DNA of 61,168 bases from a virus (Duplodnaviria > Caudoviricetes). Under the pieces are notes generated by a model, which did not search any database, had not been told where the DNA came from, and worked only from the letters and a program-made list of their open reading frames with translations. Positions 35,497-45,954 of the stretch are shown here, in pieces. A program made the position numbers and the translations under genes. The stretch is from positions 1 through 61,168 of IMG/VR virus record IMGVR_UViG_3300031658_000006. The stretch is one strand, 5' to 3'. The stretch's first letter is position 1, and every line of letters starts with the position of its first letter.

Positions 35497-36398
35497 TATC
35501 CGAAAGGGTTCATGTTGTAAAAGTTATTCTGAGGCATACCGACCACTTGATTTCCAAGATTCGTTTGCTGTCCCTGTACGCCAGGCATAGTCACCACCCC
35601 TGGTACAGCCTGCTGAACCTGAGGCATAGCGTAGTTGAAGGCGTTAGACCGAGCCATACCCTTCATTGCGTTATTGCCCAGGCCGCCGATAAATGAGCCA
35701 TATTTCTTGTCATTCATACCCCCTACAGAAGAGAAGTCAACACCATTTATGGTACCAGCTTGAGCAAGAGAATTCCTGTAATCAGCAGACGTTGCACCTT
35801 TATTTTGTTGCATGAATAACTTCTGCATCTTAGCGTCGTTCCTTACGTTGGCTGTCTTCGCGTATAGCGGAGCCATCTCCATACCTTGCTGGCCCATGCT
35901 AGCTACTCCAGCAACCCCAGCCTGTATGTTGGCTGCTCTAGCTGCCTGAGCATCTCGCGCTGCCTCTTGAGCTCCAGCCACCTCACCTAAGTCAAGCTCA
36001 GCATTTATATCACGAAGCCTACTCTGTTCAGCTATAATATCATCCTCTATCTGCGTGAGCTCGTTACCCATCTCAGTACGGATGCCAGCCTGCTGTTGAC
36101 CAGCGACCATAGCTACACGCCCAGCGGTAGCAGCGCTACCACGAGGGTCGGCTTCACGAGCCGCCTGCATAGCGTCAGCCGCAACGACCAAGTTCGCCTC
36201 GTTCATAAGCTCGTATGGTTCTTTCTTAATAGACTTCGCCTCAGCGTAGTTTACATCCAAACGCTTTCTCGCCTCAGACATAGCTTTAGCTGCGTCAGCC
36301 TCGGCTTTAACCTGTAGCTTCCGTTGTTTACCCGCCTGCACAAATGACGCTGTAGTGGTGACGCCTGTTATGGCTAGCGATGCGATTACTCCTGACAT
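35496..36398 (-). CDS. Internal virion / ejection protein (Ala/Gln-rich)
   Basis: Hydrophobic N-terminus followed by an A/Q-rich coiled coil. Confidence 0.65.
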   Translation of the reverse strand: MSGVIASLAITGVTTTASFVQAGKQRKLQVKAEADAAKAMSEARKRLDVNYAEAKSIKKEPYELMNEANLVVAADAMQAAREADPRGSAATAGRVAMVAGQQQAGIRTEMGNELTQIEDDIIAEQSRLRDINAELDLGEVAGAQEAARDAQAARAANIQAGVAGVASMGQQGMEMAPLYAKTANVRNDAKMQKLFMQQNKGATSADYRNSLAQAGTINGVDFSSVGGMNDKKYGSFIGGLGNNAMKGMARSNAFNYAMPQVQQAVPGVVTMPGVQGQQTNLGNQVVGMPQNNFYNMNPFG

Positions 36399-36901
36399 AA
36401 TGTTTTCTTGTTTAGTATGATATGCTCAGGAAGCGTACGATAATCCGTAGTGTACACGTCCTGCTCAGCTTCCTCAATAGTTTGTTTATCGGTCCTATAT
36501 ACGCAGGTCCACGTGCAGTCCTCGTGCATATAAGCCACGCGCTGAGTACCCGTCTCAGTCATCACCGTCATCGGCGCTTGGATTCTCTTTACCTCACCCG
36601 TGTCCATAAGCACTGACATATCGCCAGATAAGAAGAACGAGGGGTGGTCCTGCTTGTGGATGTAACTAACGACCAACGAGCCCTTAGGCATAAAGATTTC
36701 CCTAGTATATAACCCGTCCTTTAGGTGGTGCTTTAAAGGCATAGTCTCCTCCATCTCTTTAGTATGGTGAACAACAGCCCCCTCCTGAGCCATTATCTGC
36801 TGGGTAAACTCCTCTATATTCTCCCACAACAAACCCCTATCCTCATGGATGTGAGATAGTACAGACTCTGGCCCGTTCTTTAATGTTTGTGGTATACCCA
36901 T
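36386..36901 (-). CDS. Cupin-like protein
   Basis: HH..DGLYTREIFMPKG..VVS.IHK.DH...LSG...APM..TETGTQRVAY.HED..W. Confidence 0.7.
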   Translation of the reverse strand: MGIPQTLKNGPESVLSHIHEDRGLLWENIEEFTQQIMAQEGAVVHHTKEMEETMPLKHHLKDGLYTREIFMPKGSLVVSYIHKQDHPSFFLSGDMSVLMDTGEVKRIQAPMTVMTETGTQRVAYMHEDCTWTCVYRTDKQTIEEAEQDVYTTDYRTLPEHIILNKKTLCQE

Positions 36902-36922
36902 ACTAATTCAAAGGTAAGAATT

Positions 36923-37750
36923 TCACGGGAAGGATTTCATCACCTCTGACTTAACGGCAAATAGCTCTACCGCCTCTGTATCGTCATTGGTTAAAGTGAA
37001 TACGCAATAGTGACCGAGCACCCCATGGGACTCAGCTACCTGGTTCTTTACATACAGGATAAAACTTACGTCAGGTACTACTACTGTACCGCTAACCACA
37101 AGGTTATTGATTCCGTTAGGGAGGTCCACGTTGATAGACTGTACCGTACCCACAAACACGGGAGTTATAGTAGTGCCTGGAGCTGCGTAATAGATAGCGT
37201 CACCTCCAGCACCAGAGGTGATGTCACTTCCAGTAATCATAGTACCTATACTGGTGGTTAAAGGGAAGTTAATGGTCGTCGTAGTCGCTCCAGTTACAGT
37301 AGTTAAGCTATTACCTATACCATTGACAGAGCGTAGGTCATAGTTAGCGAAGTCATCTCCCACTGTACCAGGGTCCGCGCTGTTACGGATAAAGGCAAAC
37401 CAGTCTGACTCCTTCTGCTTAAAGAAAGCCGCCTCAATAACACCTGGTGTCTGTAACTCAGCAACCAACTCAGCCTTCCACGCGTGGTCTCCTTCGTAAG
37501 CTATTGTCTTGAATAGTTTATTCATCATAGGCTCTGCGTTAAAGACGCTCTCCATTTTAGAGGAGTCCTGACTACCGTAGAAATTATTACGTAACTCGTT
37601 GGTGTTGTGCTGCCATAGGTTACCCCCACTAAAAGTGTACAGGTACTGGTTCATACCTTGAATCCACTCAGGGATATAGGAATAAAATGAAGGCCAACCT
37701 TGGGCGGGCGGGCTAAAGGTCAGGGTGTAGTTTCCTTCAGGTACAGGCAT
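36923..37750 (-). CDS. Tail stabilisation / muzzle-like protein, C-terminal part encoded separately
   Basis: TLTFS..GWPSFYSYIPE..MN..YTF..GNLW.H...RNNFYG...FN.EP..KLFKTI.YEG ... GHY....LTND....ELFAV. Confidence 0.65.
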   Translation of the reverse strand: MPVPEGNYTLTFSPPAQGWPSFYSYIPEWIQGMNQYLYTFSGGNLWQHNTNELRNNFYGSQDSSKMESVFNAEPMMNKLFKTIAYEGDHAWKAELVAELQTPGVIEAAFFKQKESDWFAFIRNSADPGTVGDDFANYDLRSVNGIGNSLTTVTGATTTTINFPLTTSIGTMITGSDITSGAGGDAIYYAAPGTTITPVFVGTVQSINVDLPNGINNLVVSGTVVVPDVSFILYVKNQVAESHGVLGHYCVFTLTNDDTEAVELFAVKSEVMKSFP

Positions 37751-37760
37751 AGCTTATTTT

Positions 37761-38681
37761 TTAGCAAGAAACAAGATTCGTAATAACACCGTTAGCCACG
37801 GTCATAACAGAAGTAGTAGGTGCACTGTCTGTTACTTTATAATTACCTGTAGCTAATACATTTGTCCCTAAAGAGTCGTTAAAGACCCAGTCATTTATAG
37901 CTAATATACCAGGGGTATTTTTCACCGTAGCTTGATAGAACGTCTGGTCTTCAACAGAGCCACAGCTCCCTCCTACTAAAGAGGAAGAGAACGAAGGAAG
38001 AGCAGTCGCACAAGCTACCTTCACCCCCCATGAGGCAGACTTACAATAGCTAACTACTGTAATCTGAAGGGTAGAGGGCGTGGCAGCCGACTTAGGGATT
38101 ACCATATAGCAGCTCTTAGGGTCTTGAGTACTAAAGCTCACATCACCCCCTGCTATAGTGACCGACGAGGAAGACCCTGTAGCAGCGAAAGCCCCGCCTG
38201 AGTATACATAATCAGGTAATGTGTAAGGGCTTTCTGTTGTAATATTGTTAGCACAAATACCTGAGGTAGAATCACCTAGGTATGTAACGCCATTAAGTGT
38301 AGATGTCTTATGGTAGCCGTCTACCTCTGAGCTAAAAGCGTTATACGTAACCCCGTTATACACCGCGTACATACCGTCAGGGACATCTCCAGGGAGGTAC
38401 TTAATAACAATAGCCCCCGTGTCTGCGCCTAAGTTAGTAGTAATATCGTAGACACCCTCGGCTCCTCGATGTGTTATCTCGACACCATCACAGTCAGAAG
38501 CACACGAGGGGCACGATGTAGCAGGGCCCAGCGTGCAGGTAGCGTTGTCTAAATATCTAACGATAACACCGTCGGAGTAGTTTCCTGAAACAGCACAAGT
38601 GGTTAGCCCTACGTTAGTGAATACACCTGTTGATGTAGCGAGTGTCGTTCCGTTTAGAAAGTAGTTGCTTATTACGCCCAT
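37761..38681 (-). CDS. Cys/Thr-rich tail-associated structural protein
   Basis: Beta-rich; CPSC..C and VPDG....YNG motifs. Confidence 0.65.
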   Translation of the reverse strand: MGVISNYFLNGTTLATSTGVFTNVGLTTCAVSGNYSDGVIVRYLDNATCTLGPATSCPSCASDCDGVEITHRGAEGVYDITTNLGADTGAIVIKYLPGDVPDGMYAVYNGVTYNAFSSEVDGYHKTSTLNGVTYLGDSTSGICANNITTESPYTLPDYVYSGGAFAATGSSSSVTIAGGDVSFSTQDPKSCYMVIPKSAATPSTLQITVVSYCKSASWGVKVACATALPSFSSSLVGGSCGSVEDQTFYQATVKNTPGILAINDWVFNDSLGTNVLATGNYKVTDSAPTTSVMTVANGVITNLVSC

Positions 38682-38690
38682 GATTTAAAT

Positions 38691-41600
38691 TTAAGTGCAG
38701 TCACATTTAGTTACACTAATACTTACCGTAGCTACAGTACCCGTAGTTACAACAGGAAGGGTTCGACTACATACAGAGCCACTGCTTCTAGCTGTTATAG
38801 TTTGGTAGCTAGTGGTGCCTCCAGCGCATTCGTTATAGCTAACCACTACACTAGCTGACCCAGAGTTGGTAATGAGATACTCAGTACAAGTACCTGAGCC
38901 ACATACGCAATCGCAGCATGCATCCTGTGGTTTAGTACCGAAGCACAACGCAACTGACGTCACCTTCCTGTAGTCCCAAATTAAATAGAGGTAGCTATCG
39001 TTAGAGTCAACCATATCAAACGATGCCGAGTACTGGTTAGGGGCAAGTGTACTGTCAATAGGTGTAGCAGAGGAAGCTGCACTAAGAAGGGACGAGATGT
39101 CAGCCTCGCTATTCTGGTATAACGTATTACTTCTCAAGTACTTAAACCCATCAGAAGTGGTATCAAAATCGTAGTCGTCAGGCTGTATCTTATTGGAGAT
39201 AAGTTTTACAGAAGCTGTGTCCGATGGGATGATATTAGCCCCTTGAGAACCTGTGATAACATTGTACTGAGAGACTAGCGGGAACTCAGCAGCCGAAGAG
39301 AACTCCATTTGTTCAGAGTGAAGGGCCGATGTAAATCCTCCGCTGTCCGTCCAGCGATATTGATTATGGATAAACTTATCGGCGTCACTAAGGGAGGTCA
39401 CGCCCACCTGTATGATAGTAAGGGGCACCTCGGTAGGGCACTTCACTGTTATACCTAAGACAATTGGACTTGACCCGTTATTAACGAAGTCTAAATCAAG
39501 TTGAGTAGCCGCGACGGAGTTTTTGTTTATCGTAAAACTTCCGTTGGCACTAGCATTACTCACTGGTGTTGTGACGGTTGAGTTGTACGTAGCTGTAATA
39601 TCAAAAGTATCACCAGAACTAATCTGGAATACGGTATACGAAACAATGACGTCACCCACCAGCTCACCGAGGTCGTAGCATAAACTAAGGCCAGCGCTAG
39701 GTAAAGTAATTCGTTCGGTAATACCACACTCAGCGCACTTAACGGTTAACGGCAGCGCTTGGGTATTGCTACTAAGAACGTACTCGTTCATATAAGGGTC
39801 AAATCCCCCAATCTTTTGCGTATTAAAGCTGGAGATAAACAAGTCCCTAAACCAGCTGCGCATACCCGCCTCAGAGATAACCTGTAGGCTTTCGTTTTGT
39901 GCTGCCGAGCCCGTTAAATGGATGACGGCCCCTCGCTTGGCGTCAGTGAAATACTTATGCGGTCCCCACTCAGCGAAGCTCTCTGGGTTATTGCTGATAC
40001 CGAACTTCTCGATACGTGATATCTGAGTACCCAGCACCTCAGGTACGGAAGCGATAGCGCCACCACCCGTGCTGTCGGAGAGTAAGTTCTTACCCGCTAA
40101 CACATAAGATATCTTGTCCTCCTGAAGGGTAAGTATATCAGTTTCTCTAGCAAACAACTTCTCTACAGGGCCAAAGGATTCCTCCAGTGGTTTAAAGTTC
40201 AGTAGACCTAAGTTAAACTCGTTGAGTTTATTTACGTTAGACTCGTTATTAAAGACACCGCTATAGGTAAGGTCAGCAAAACGGTCAGCCTCCTTATAAT
40301 CCTGTGCGCTTACCGAAGTAACACGGTTACCTAGGTTGATAGCCTTACCGATAATCGAGTCACGTATCTTATAGCTTTCTACACCGTTGCCAAAAGAGAT
40401 GCAGTTAAAAAACTTAAGGTCTATAAGTGCTGGATTTGTATTGCTCTGGTTTTGGGTAATACCCCCCCCCGCGTGGAATCCTCCTGTAATAGGGTAAGAC
40501 ACACTCGACTCATACCACACGTCAGATAAAGCGTCAGAGGGAAGCGTCTCAAATACAATGGTATCCTCGGCCGTGAATATCTGCCACCTAGTACGAATCT
40601 GAGACTGTTTTCTATCACTACTTCCACACGCCTCCGTTCCACGAGTAACCCATTTAATAACACTTCCGCCCACAGGTTTATACCACGTGCACTTTAGGTC
40701 GTATACATTTTGGATGTTTGTTGTCTGTCCTAGACCGTAGTTGTTCGCGGTAGTAGTGGTGACTCCCTCATAATCAAAAGTCAACTCCTCTGTAGTGTCG
40801 CCGCCCACCTCCTGTACTCCGTCATTTAAAGTGGCGGAGATATTATCTCCCGTAAACCAATCCACAATATCAGTGTAATCCTGTGAGGCTACCCATACTT
40901 TATTTAACGTGTATATCCTGCGGTTGCAGCCGTTAGCTTGACCATCATTTCGGCCCCTTCGCTCAAATGTTTGATTTAAGTTAAGTATAGTTCCAGCAGT
41001 TATAGCCATGCTACTACTAAGACCTTCATACACCTGAAGTGGAGCGTCGTTATTAGCGTTTGCTGTTGTAGTTTGTAGAGAAGGGGTGCCTGTAAAAAAG
41101 GCGTTTTCTGTAGTAACCACATTAACAGCTGCTGAGCCTACCTTCATATAGACTCCACTAGGTACAGTATCTACACCTGTGACAGTAATGAAATCTTCCT
41201 GCTGTGCTTTCTTCTCTAGTACAGTAATGTACTCACACGAGGAGACGGCGCTGTCAACGTCACGCTTTACTATAAGTCTATCACCCGTCTCTACTTTTTG
41301 TGAGTTTTCTCCCTCCAGTAAGAAGTAGGTGTTGTTAGTAAGGGCCTCGTTAAAGAATATACTAGAGTATACCGTCTCGTAGTTCTCTCGGTCAGGCTTG
41401 ATAACAAACTTATATCGTGTAGCAAAAGCAGGAGGCAATTGCTGCACAGGTATAGTCGCCTTGATATAGTTCTGGTCAACAGAGTTAGCACACGGAACGT
41501 GGATGGTATTGTTTTCGCTAACCAAAGCCGTAGTAGCCCTGTTGTAATCGTCCATATACACAATCCCTACCTCGTAATCACGGTTACTATGAAGGCTCGT

Positions 41601-43436
41601 AGGGTTGCTTACCGACCTGTACTGTAACTCGTTAATACTAATGTTGTAGTACTCAAATACATTTAAGCTGCTATTGGGCGCATTTTGATTATTTACAAAA
41701 CGCATAGCAGGGAACTGAAAACTAATTATATTCCCGTTAATAGAAGTAACTATAGCCTGCTCTAACGCGTTGATACCACTGGAGTATTTATACGAAGGGT
41801 CAGGGTTGCCTCCTCCTATCGTAGGTGGTATTACACAATTAAACTTATCGGTAAACGTAACTCCGTCGCATGAAGTTTCAGCAGGGTCTGCGGCGTAAAC
41901 AGGCAGGATATTAGTGTTGGTCCCTATCTTCTCCTGGAAGTCAGCGCTGTTAAACAAAGCGTCTAAACTAGCGAAGTTCTGCTGTAGTGTATAAGAAAAG
42001 TTTACGTTCACCCCCGAAGTCTCGGCCTTACCTCCAACGTTAGCTGGAGAGGCAAAGCTCCATTGAGCGTGGTTAAGAGTAATCCCAAAATCTATTACCG
42101 CACCAGAAACAAACTCCGAGTTAAGTATTACGGAGGTAAAATCTACATTGAGAACCCCGTTCGGTGCACTCTGCTGAGATTGGTCAGGGTCAATGGTGTA
42201 TACACCCGCACTTGTGGTAGAGGCACTCACTAGGTCAAAGACACCGCCCTCCCTAGATATACGCTCCACATCGTACTCAAGTTTAATAGGGTATCCATCC
42301 TGTTGAAGTAAATTATAACCGTCTATATAGTTACCATAGACCAAGCGATTACCCATAACGGTTTGCGCCTTAGCAAATCGAGGTACGTTATCATATAGAC
42401 GTAATATCTCCGACGACGGAAGCAATGTAAATATCTTACTATTAGAAAAATTAAAGGTGGCATCAGGGTTATTATCAACGTACCCAAGGTCAGCTTTATT
42501 AATCTTCTCGATAACCTTAATGGTACTGCTGTTCATCTCCTTGAACAATAGGTCAATACCCACCACTAAAGGACCGCCTGAGTTAAAGGTAATAGTACAG
42601 GAATTAGTAGAGTTAACCATACCCTCATTGAGGTACGACTCTATACTTAAGTTATACCCGTTAGGAATAAAAGAGGGAGCGCTAAACTGAGAGGTAGCCG
42701 AGTACTCATTGTCCTCGTACTTATAACGGTAAGCGAAACAGATAAACCGCTCCTCCATAAAGTTCTCCTCGGCGATTCCAGGTGCCTGGAATGGAAGTAT
42801 AGAAGGTGAGTCTACAGGGGGTTTCTTAATGACAAGGATAGACTCATCTGAGAACTGGTCTATATACACACCGCCCACCAGGTCAGGGTTAGTGTAGTCC
42901 TTATCCACGTTGATACGTCGAGGCGCGTTGAAGTCGTCAGTAAAGAACAGTAGGTTGTCTACCAGGTCAACACCCGTGATGAGGTGCTTATCGTCAAAGT
43001 TCAGCGTGGTCTTTGTTCCTGAACCATCATTGATGCTTATGACATGATACACAAGGGACTCGGTGATGGCGTTGTACGAGACAATAAGGTCTAGCTTATT
43101 GGTGGGGTTATCTATAGTTCCGCCTTCACCTGACTCCGTGTAATTAGAATCATGGATAAACCAGTAGATAGTCTCGTTAGCGCCGTCAGCATACGAGCCT
43201 ATACAACGCGCTGCTGCGCTTAATGACGTGCCGTTATACGTGGCTGATACATCAATAAATTTAAGTGTTGTAAGCCGAGTATTGCCCTTGGTGTTTTCTA
43301 CTGAACCTACCTCGGAAGCCTCAGTAGAGCCCAACCGAATATTCAACGCGTCTATATACTCACCATTGGGGACGAGTCGCTCGTCCAATGATTTGTTCAT
43401 ACGACCCTGAACAAAGTTTCTTACAATATTTGCCAT
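38691..43436 (-). CDS. Tail stabilisation / muzzle-like protein, N-terminal part
   Basis: RNF..GRMNK.LDERLVP.GEY.DALN, FAYRYKY.DNEYS..S.FS, RLVYGNY..GY, GNGVES..IRD, GISNNPESFA. Confidence 0.8.
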   Translation of the reverse strand: MANIVRNFVQGRMNKSLDERLVPNGEYIDALNIRLGSTEASEVGSVENTKGNTRLTTLKFIDVSATYNGTSLSAAARCIGSYADGANETIYWFIHDSNYTESGEGGTIDNPTNKLDLIVSYNAITESLVYHVISINDGSGTKTTLNFDDKHLITGVDLVDNLLFFTDDFNAPRRINVDKDYTNPDLVGGVYIDQFSDESILVIKKPPVDSPSILPFQAPGIAEENFMEERFICFAYRYKYEDNEYSATSQFSAPSFIPNGYNLSIESYLNEGMVNSTNSCTITFNSGGPLVVGIDLLFKEMNSSTIKVIEKINKADLGYVDNNPDATFNFSNSKIFTLLPSSEILRLYDNVPRFAKAQTVMGNRLVYGNYIDGYNLLQQDGYPIKLEYDVERISREGGVFDLVSASTTSAGVYTIDPDQSQQSAPNGVLNVDFTSVILNSEFVSGAVIDFGITLNHAQWSFASPANVGGKAETSGVNVNFSYTLQQNFASLDALFNSADFQEKIGTNTNILPVYAADPAETSCDGVTFTDKFNCVIPPTIGGGNPDPSYKYSSGINALEQAIVTSINGNIISFQFPAMRFVNNQNAPNSSLNVFEYYNISINELQYRSVSNPTSLHSNRDYEVGIVYMDDYNRATTALVSENNTIHVPCANSVDQNYIKATIPVQQLPPAFATRYKFVIKPDRENYETVYSSIFFNEALTNNTYFLLEGENSQKVETGDRLIVKRDVDSAVSSCEYITVLEKKAQQEDFITVTGVDTVPSGVYMKVGSAAVNVVTTENAFFTGTPSLQTTTANANNDAPLQVYEGLSSSMAITAGTILNLNQTFERRGRNDGQANGCNRRIYTLNKVWVASQDYTDIVDWFTGDNISATLNDGVQEVGGDTTEELTFDYEGVTTTTANNYGLGQTTNIQNVYDLKCTWYKPVGGSVIKWVTRGTEACGSSDRKQSQIRTRWQIFTAEDTIVFETLPSDALSDVWYESSVSYPITGGFHAGGGITQNQSNTNPALIDLKFFNCISFGNGVESYKIRDSIIGKAINLGNRVTSVSAQDYKEADRFADLTYSGVFNNESNVNKLNEFNLGLLNFKPLEESFGPVEKLFARETDILTLQEDKISYVLAGKNLLSDSTGGGAIASVPEVLGTQISRIEKFGISNNPESFAEWGPHKYFTDAKRGAVIHLTGSAAQNESLQVISEAGMRSWFRDLFISSFNTQKIGGFDPYMNEYVLSSNTQALPLTVKCAECGITERITLPSAGLSLCYDLGELVGDVIVSYTVFQISSGDTFDITATYNSTVTTPVSNASANGSFTINKNSVAATQLDLDFVNNGSSPIVLGITVKCPTEVPLTIIQVGVTSLSDADKFIHNQYRWTDSGGFTSALHSEQMEFSSAAEFPLVSQYNVITGSQGANIIPSDTASVKLISNKIQPDDYDFDTTSDGFKYLRSNTLYQNSEADISSLLSAASSATPIDSTLAPNQYSASFDMVDSNDSYLYLIWDYRKVTSVALCFGTKPQDACCDCVCGSGTCTEYLITNSGSASVVVSYNECAGGTTSYQTITARSSGSVCSRTLPVVTTGTVATVSISVTKCDCT

Positions 43437-43437
43437 G

Positions 43438-44361
43438 TTACTTCAGCCACTTGTCCCGTCCCCTAAGATTCATAAGCAACCTACCTGGGTGGATATTACT
43501 AATTCTAATCTTAGCATTACGAAGCAATGCTGACTTGTTCTTCTTAGCGCGGCTAACCACGTACTCCTGAACGCCCAACTTAGAGTTGAGGATAGCGTAC
43601 TGGATATAAGCGTACACGTACTCCTCAAATAATTTATTGACCATAACCTGGCTGTCATCACCACCCATCATACCGTCAGAAACATACTCTAATACCACGG
43701 ACTCACCCGATACACCAGAGCTGAAGTTGATAACGCCTGACTGCTTGTCTATAGCAAAGGTGGGGTTAGCGTTAGCCGTCTCTGTATTAAGTCCGTAGCG
43801 ACCGCCAATACCGTAGTCAAAGTACCATAGTCCGTCAACACACCAGCCCTCTGAGTTATTGTAGGCGCTGTTATCGTTGAGATAGATACTCCGCTTAGAA
43901 CCGCTAATCCTATCCATATCGATAGGGGAGTTCTCAGGCTTTAACACATTGCCCTGCTCATCAAATAAAATTCGTAGGTTGTTATCCTGTAGGTAAGCCC
44001 CACTCCAGTTAGTTTGGATGTTCTCGCTCAGAGGATACAGCAATCCATTTCGGTATGTAGAGATACGAACCCAGTTGACGTAGTCCTGCGGCAATACAAA
44101 ACGCAGCTGGTCAGAAACAGTAAGCTGTAATATCTTAATCTCCTTAAAAGCGTCGTAGTTCAACTCCTGTACCGCACGCTTAGCGTGGAATATAATCTTA
44201 TAGCGCTCCTCGTTATTAATCAACGAGTGATTGCCGTTATACATCAACAAGAAGTTCGTTACAATATCGAACAAAGAGACGTACTGATAGCTACCCCAGT
44301 TAGCATCCTCTGGATTGGCAACGCCATTCTCATAGTACTGATAGTCAGATATATAACCCAT
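43438..44361 (-). CDS. Tail tubular / ring protein
   Basis: GSYQY.SL.DIV.NF, FHAKRA.QELNYD, LPQDYVNWVRIS, LEY.SDG, LRNAKIR.SN. Confidence 0.75.
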   Translation of the reverse strand: MGYISDYQYYENGVANPEDANWGSYQYVSLFDIVTNFLLMYNGNHSLINNEERYKIIFHAKRAVQELNYDAFKEIKILQLTVSDQLRFVLPQDYVNWVRISTYRNGLLYPLSENIQTNWSGAYLQDNNLRILFDEQGNVLKPENSPIDMDRISGSKRSIYLNDNSAYNNSEGWCVDGLWYFDYGIGGRYGLNTETANANPTFAIDKQSGVINFSSGVSGESVVLEYVSDGMMGGDDSQVMVNKLFEEYVYAYIQYAILNSKLGVQEYVVSRAKKNKSALLRNAKIRISNIHPGRLLMNLRGRDKWLK

Positions 44362-45104
44362 TATCCTTGTTGTTGGTCGTTCTGTATCTCCTCACTATTG
44401 GCGTACTGATACACATCACCCTCACGAATAGAGATACCACACTGCTGTAATATACGATTGACCAGTCGGTACTCATCGTCTATAGCCAGCTCAAAGTCTT
44501 GGTATCCCGAAACGTTAGGATTGAATATAGGCTCGCCTGCACCAACCGATGAAAACGTCCACTGCGGAGCTTTAGGATAACGGATATACTGACACTGTAT
44601 AGAACTGGCTGTATTAAAAGACGCAGGAAATACAGTTAGAAGGCTACCCTCCGTGGTATACGCAGGGTAATTTATAGAAGGGGCCGTTAACTGCGATGTA
44701 TTTAGCAATGTGATATTGCTATGTGTAACGTACTCAGCCTCACCGCGTAACGTCCGTGGTGTAGTGGCAGTGTCATAACACAAAACCTTATTTAAAAGGT
44801 AGTAGTCATCGCCTGTAGTGAGCTCCGAGGGTAACGAGAAGGTATTGTCCGCTACGTTAGCTAAGTCATTAGTGACAGAGAAGAAATCAATTACCTCGAT
44901 AAGGCTTTTTGCAATATCAGCGTACCCCGTACCTGACTTACGAGCGTTCTCTTTATTGAGCTGTTTGTTATAATCCGAGAAGTACTCATCGAATATCTCT
45001 AGCTGTGCTTGTTTAGAGAATAAGTTAAAATCTGCTGGTGATATATACCCGTAGTTGTTCTTATTCAGTATCGACAGGACAGTGTTTCTGACTGAGTTTA
45101 TCAT
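44361..45104 (-). CDS. Tail adaptor / ring protein
   Basis: INSV..TVL.ILNK.N.GY.SP..FN....AQ.EIF, YIRYP..P.W, DFEL. Confidence 0.75.
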   Translation of the reverse strand: MINSVRNTVLSILNKNNYGYISPADFNLFSKQAQLEIFDEYFSDYNKQLNKENARKSGTGYADIAKSLIEVIDFFSVTNDLANVADNTFSLPSELTTGDDYYLLNKVLCYDTATTPRTLRGEAEYVTHSNITLLNTSQLTAPSINYPAYTTEGSLLTVFPASFNTASSIQCQYIRYPKAPQWTFSSVGAGEPIFNPNVSGYQDFELAIDDEYRLVNRILQQCGISIREGDVYQYANSEEIQNDQQQG

Positions 45105-45119
45105 AGGTCAACCTTTGCT

Positions 45120-45127
45120 CAAAGATA
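45120..45127 (-). promoter_or_regulatory. TAnnTTTG -7 element for the tail operon
   Basis: TATCTTTG on the minus strand 16 nt upstream of ATG 45104. Confidence 0.55.
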
Positions 45128-45175
45128 GCCAAAAAAAAGGGGCCGATATTTTTGCTTGCAATGAAGCACAATAAG

Positions 45176-45203
45176 AAAAAAAAAAGAGGGACCTAAGCCC
45201 CTC
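45176..45203 (-). terminator. Intrinsic terminator
   Basis: GAGGG/CCCTC stem followed by T10 on the minus strand. Confidence 0.65.
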
Positions 45204-45226
45204 CTTTATTTCTATTTTCTTAAATA

Positions 45227-45517
45227 TCAAGGACTAACAGCAATGGCACTAATCGCAGTGGGAGGTGTAGGTTTACTCTCTACGTTTCTCCAGTTACTAG
45301 CTAATGCCATTTCAACTTGCTGTGTCATAAACAGTTTCCACTGATTATCGGTTACATCCGCATCGTGATTAATTAAAATAATAATAGGATTTGAAGTCGC
45401 ATTTAGATATCTAAGAGTTAACTGAGTAGCGGTTGTGGTATCTATATGAGCAAGACCCTGCAAAGCGATAGGAACCTCCTGACCTGAGGGCAGTGTAAAA
45501 GTGATGTACTTTACCAT
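45227..45517 (-). CDS. Small structural protein
   Basis: MVKYI start; weakly similar to its neighbour 45529..45855. Confidence 0.65.
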   Translation of the reverse strand: MVKYITFTLPSGQEVPIALQGLAHIDTTTATQLTLRYLNATSNPIIILINHDADVTDNQWKLFMTQQVEMALASNWRNVESKPTPPTAISAIAVSP

Positions 45518-45528
45518 AATATATTTAT

Positions 45529-45855
45529 TTAACCAGCCGCAGGGCCAGCAATATTAGTAACTGTTTGAGGAAAAGCTGAAGCGTCAATCGTAAGCATAGG
45601 CTTAGTATAGCTGTCTTGTTGAACGCTAACAAGTAAGTCTTTTACGAAATTTCCCATAGCAACATTCTGAGCAGTATCAGTTGTTGAAGTAAAGGTAATT
45701 GTCATAACGTCCTGGCTTGCGTCAGCATTCAGATACTGAACCTTAACAGTTGTAAAAGGAGACGCTGTACCAATCTCGACATTGTACACGTCAAACGCGG
45801 GGAGAATCATTGTGTCGTGGGTCGCAATGCCTGTGACTTTGATATACTTTTGCAT
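45529..45855 (-). CDS. Small structural protein
   Basis: MQKYI start; own TATATTTG element at 45891-45898. Confidence 0.65.
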   Translation of the reverse strand: MQKYIKVTGIATHDTMILPAFDVYNVEIGTASPFTTVKVQYLNADASQDVMTITFTSTTDTAQNVAMGNFVKDLLVSVQQDSYTKPMLTIDASAFPQTVTNIAGPAAG

Positions 45856-45902
45856 TGTAAAAAATTATGCGTTAGAAAAAATTATCGACACAAATATACA
45901 AT

Positions 45903-45930
45903 AAAAAAAGAGGGGCTATTAACCCCTCTT
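45903..45930 (-). terminator. Intrinsic terminator
   Basis: GAGGGG/CCCCTC stem followed by T7 on the minus strand. Confidence 0.7.
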
Positions 45931-45954
45931 CTCTCGTATATAAACCGTGTGTAT

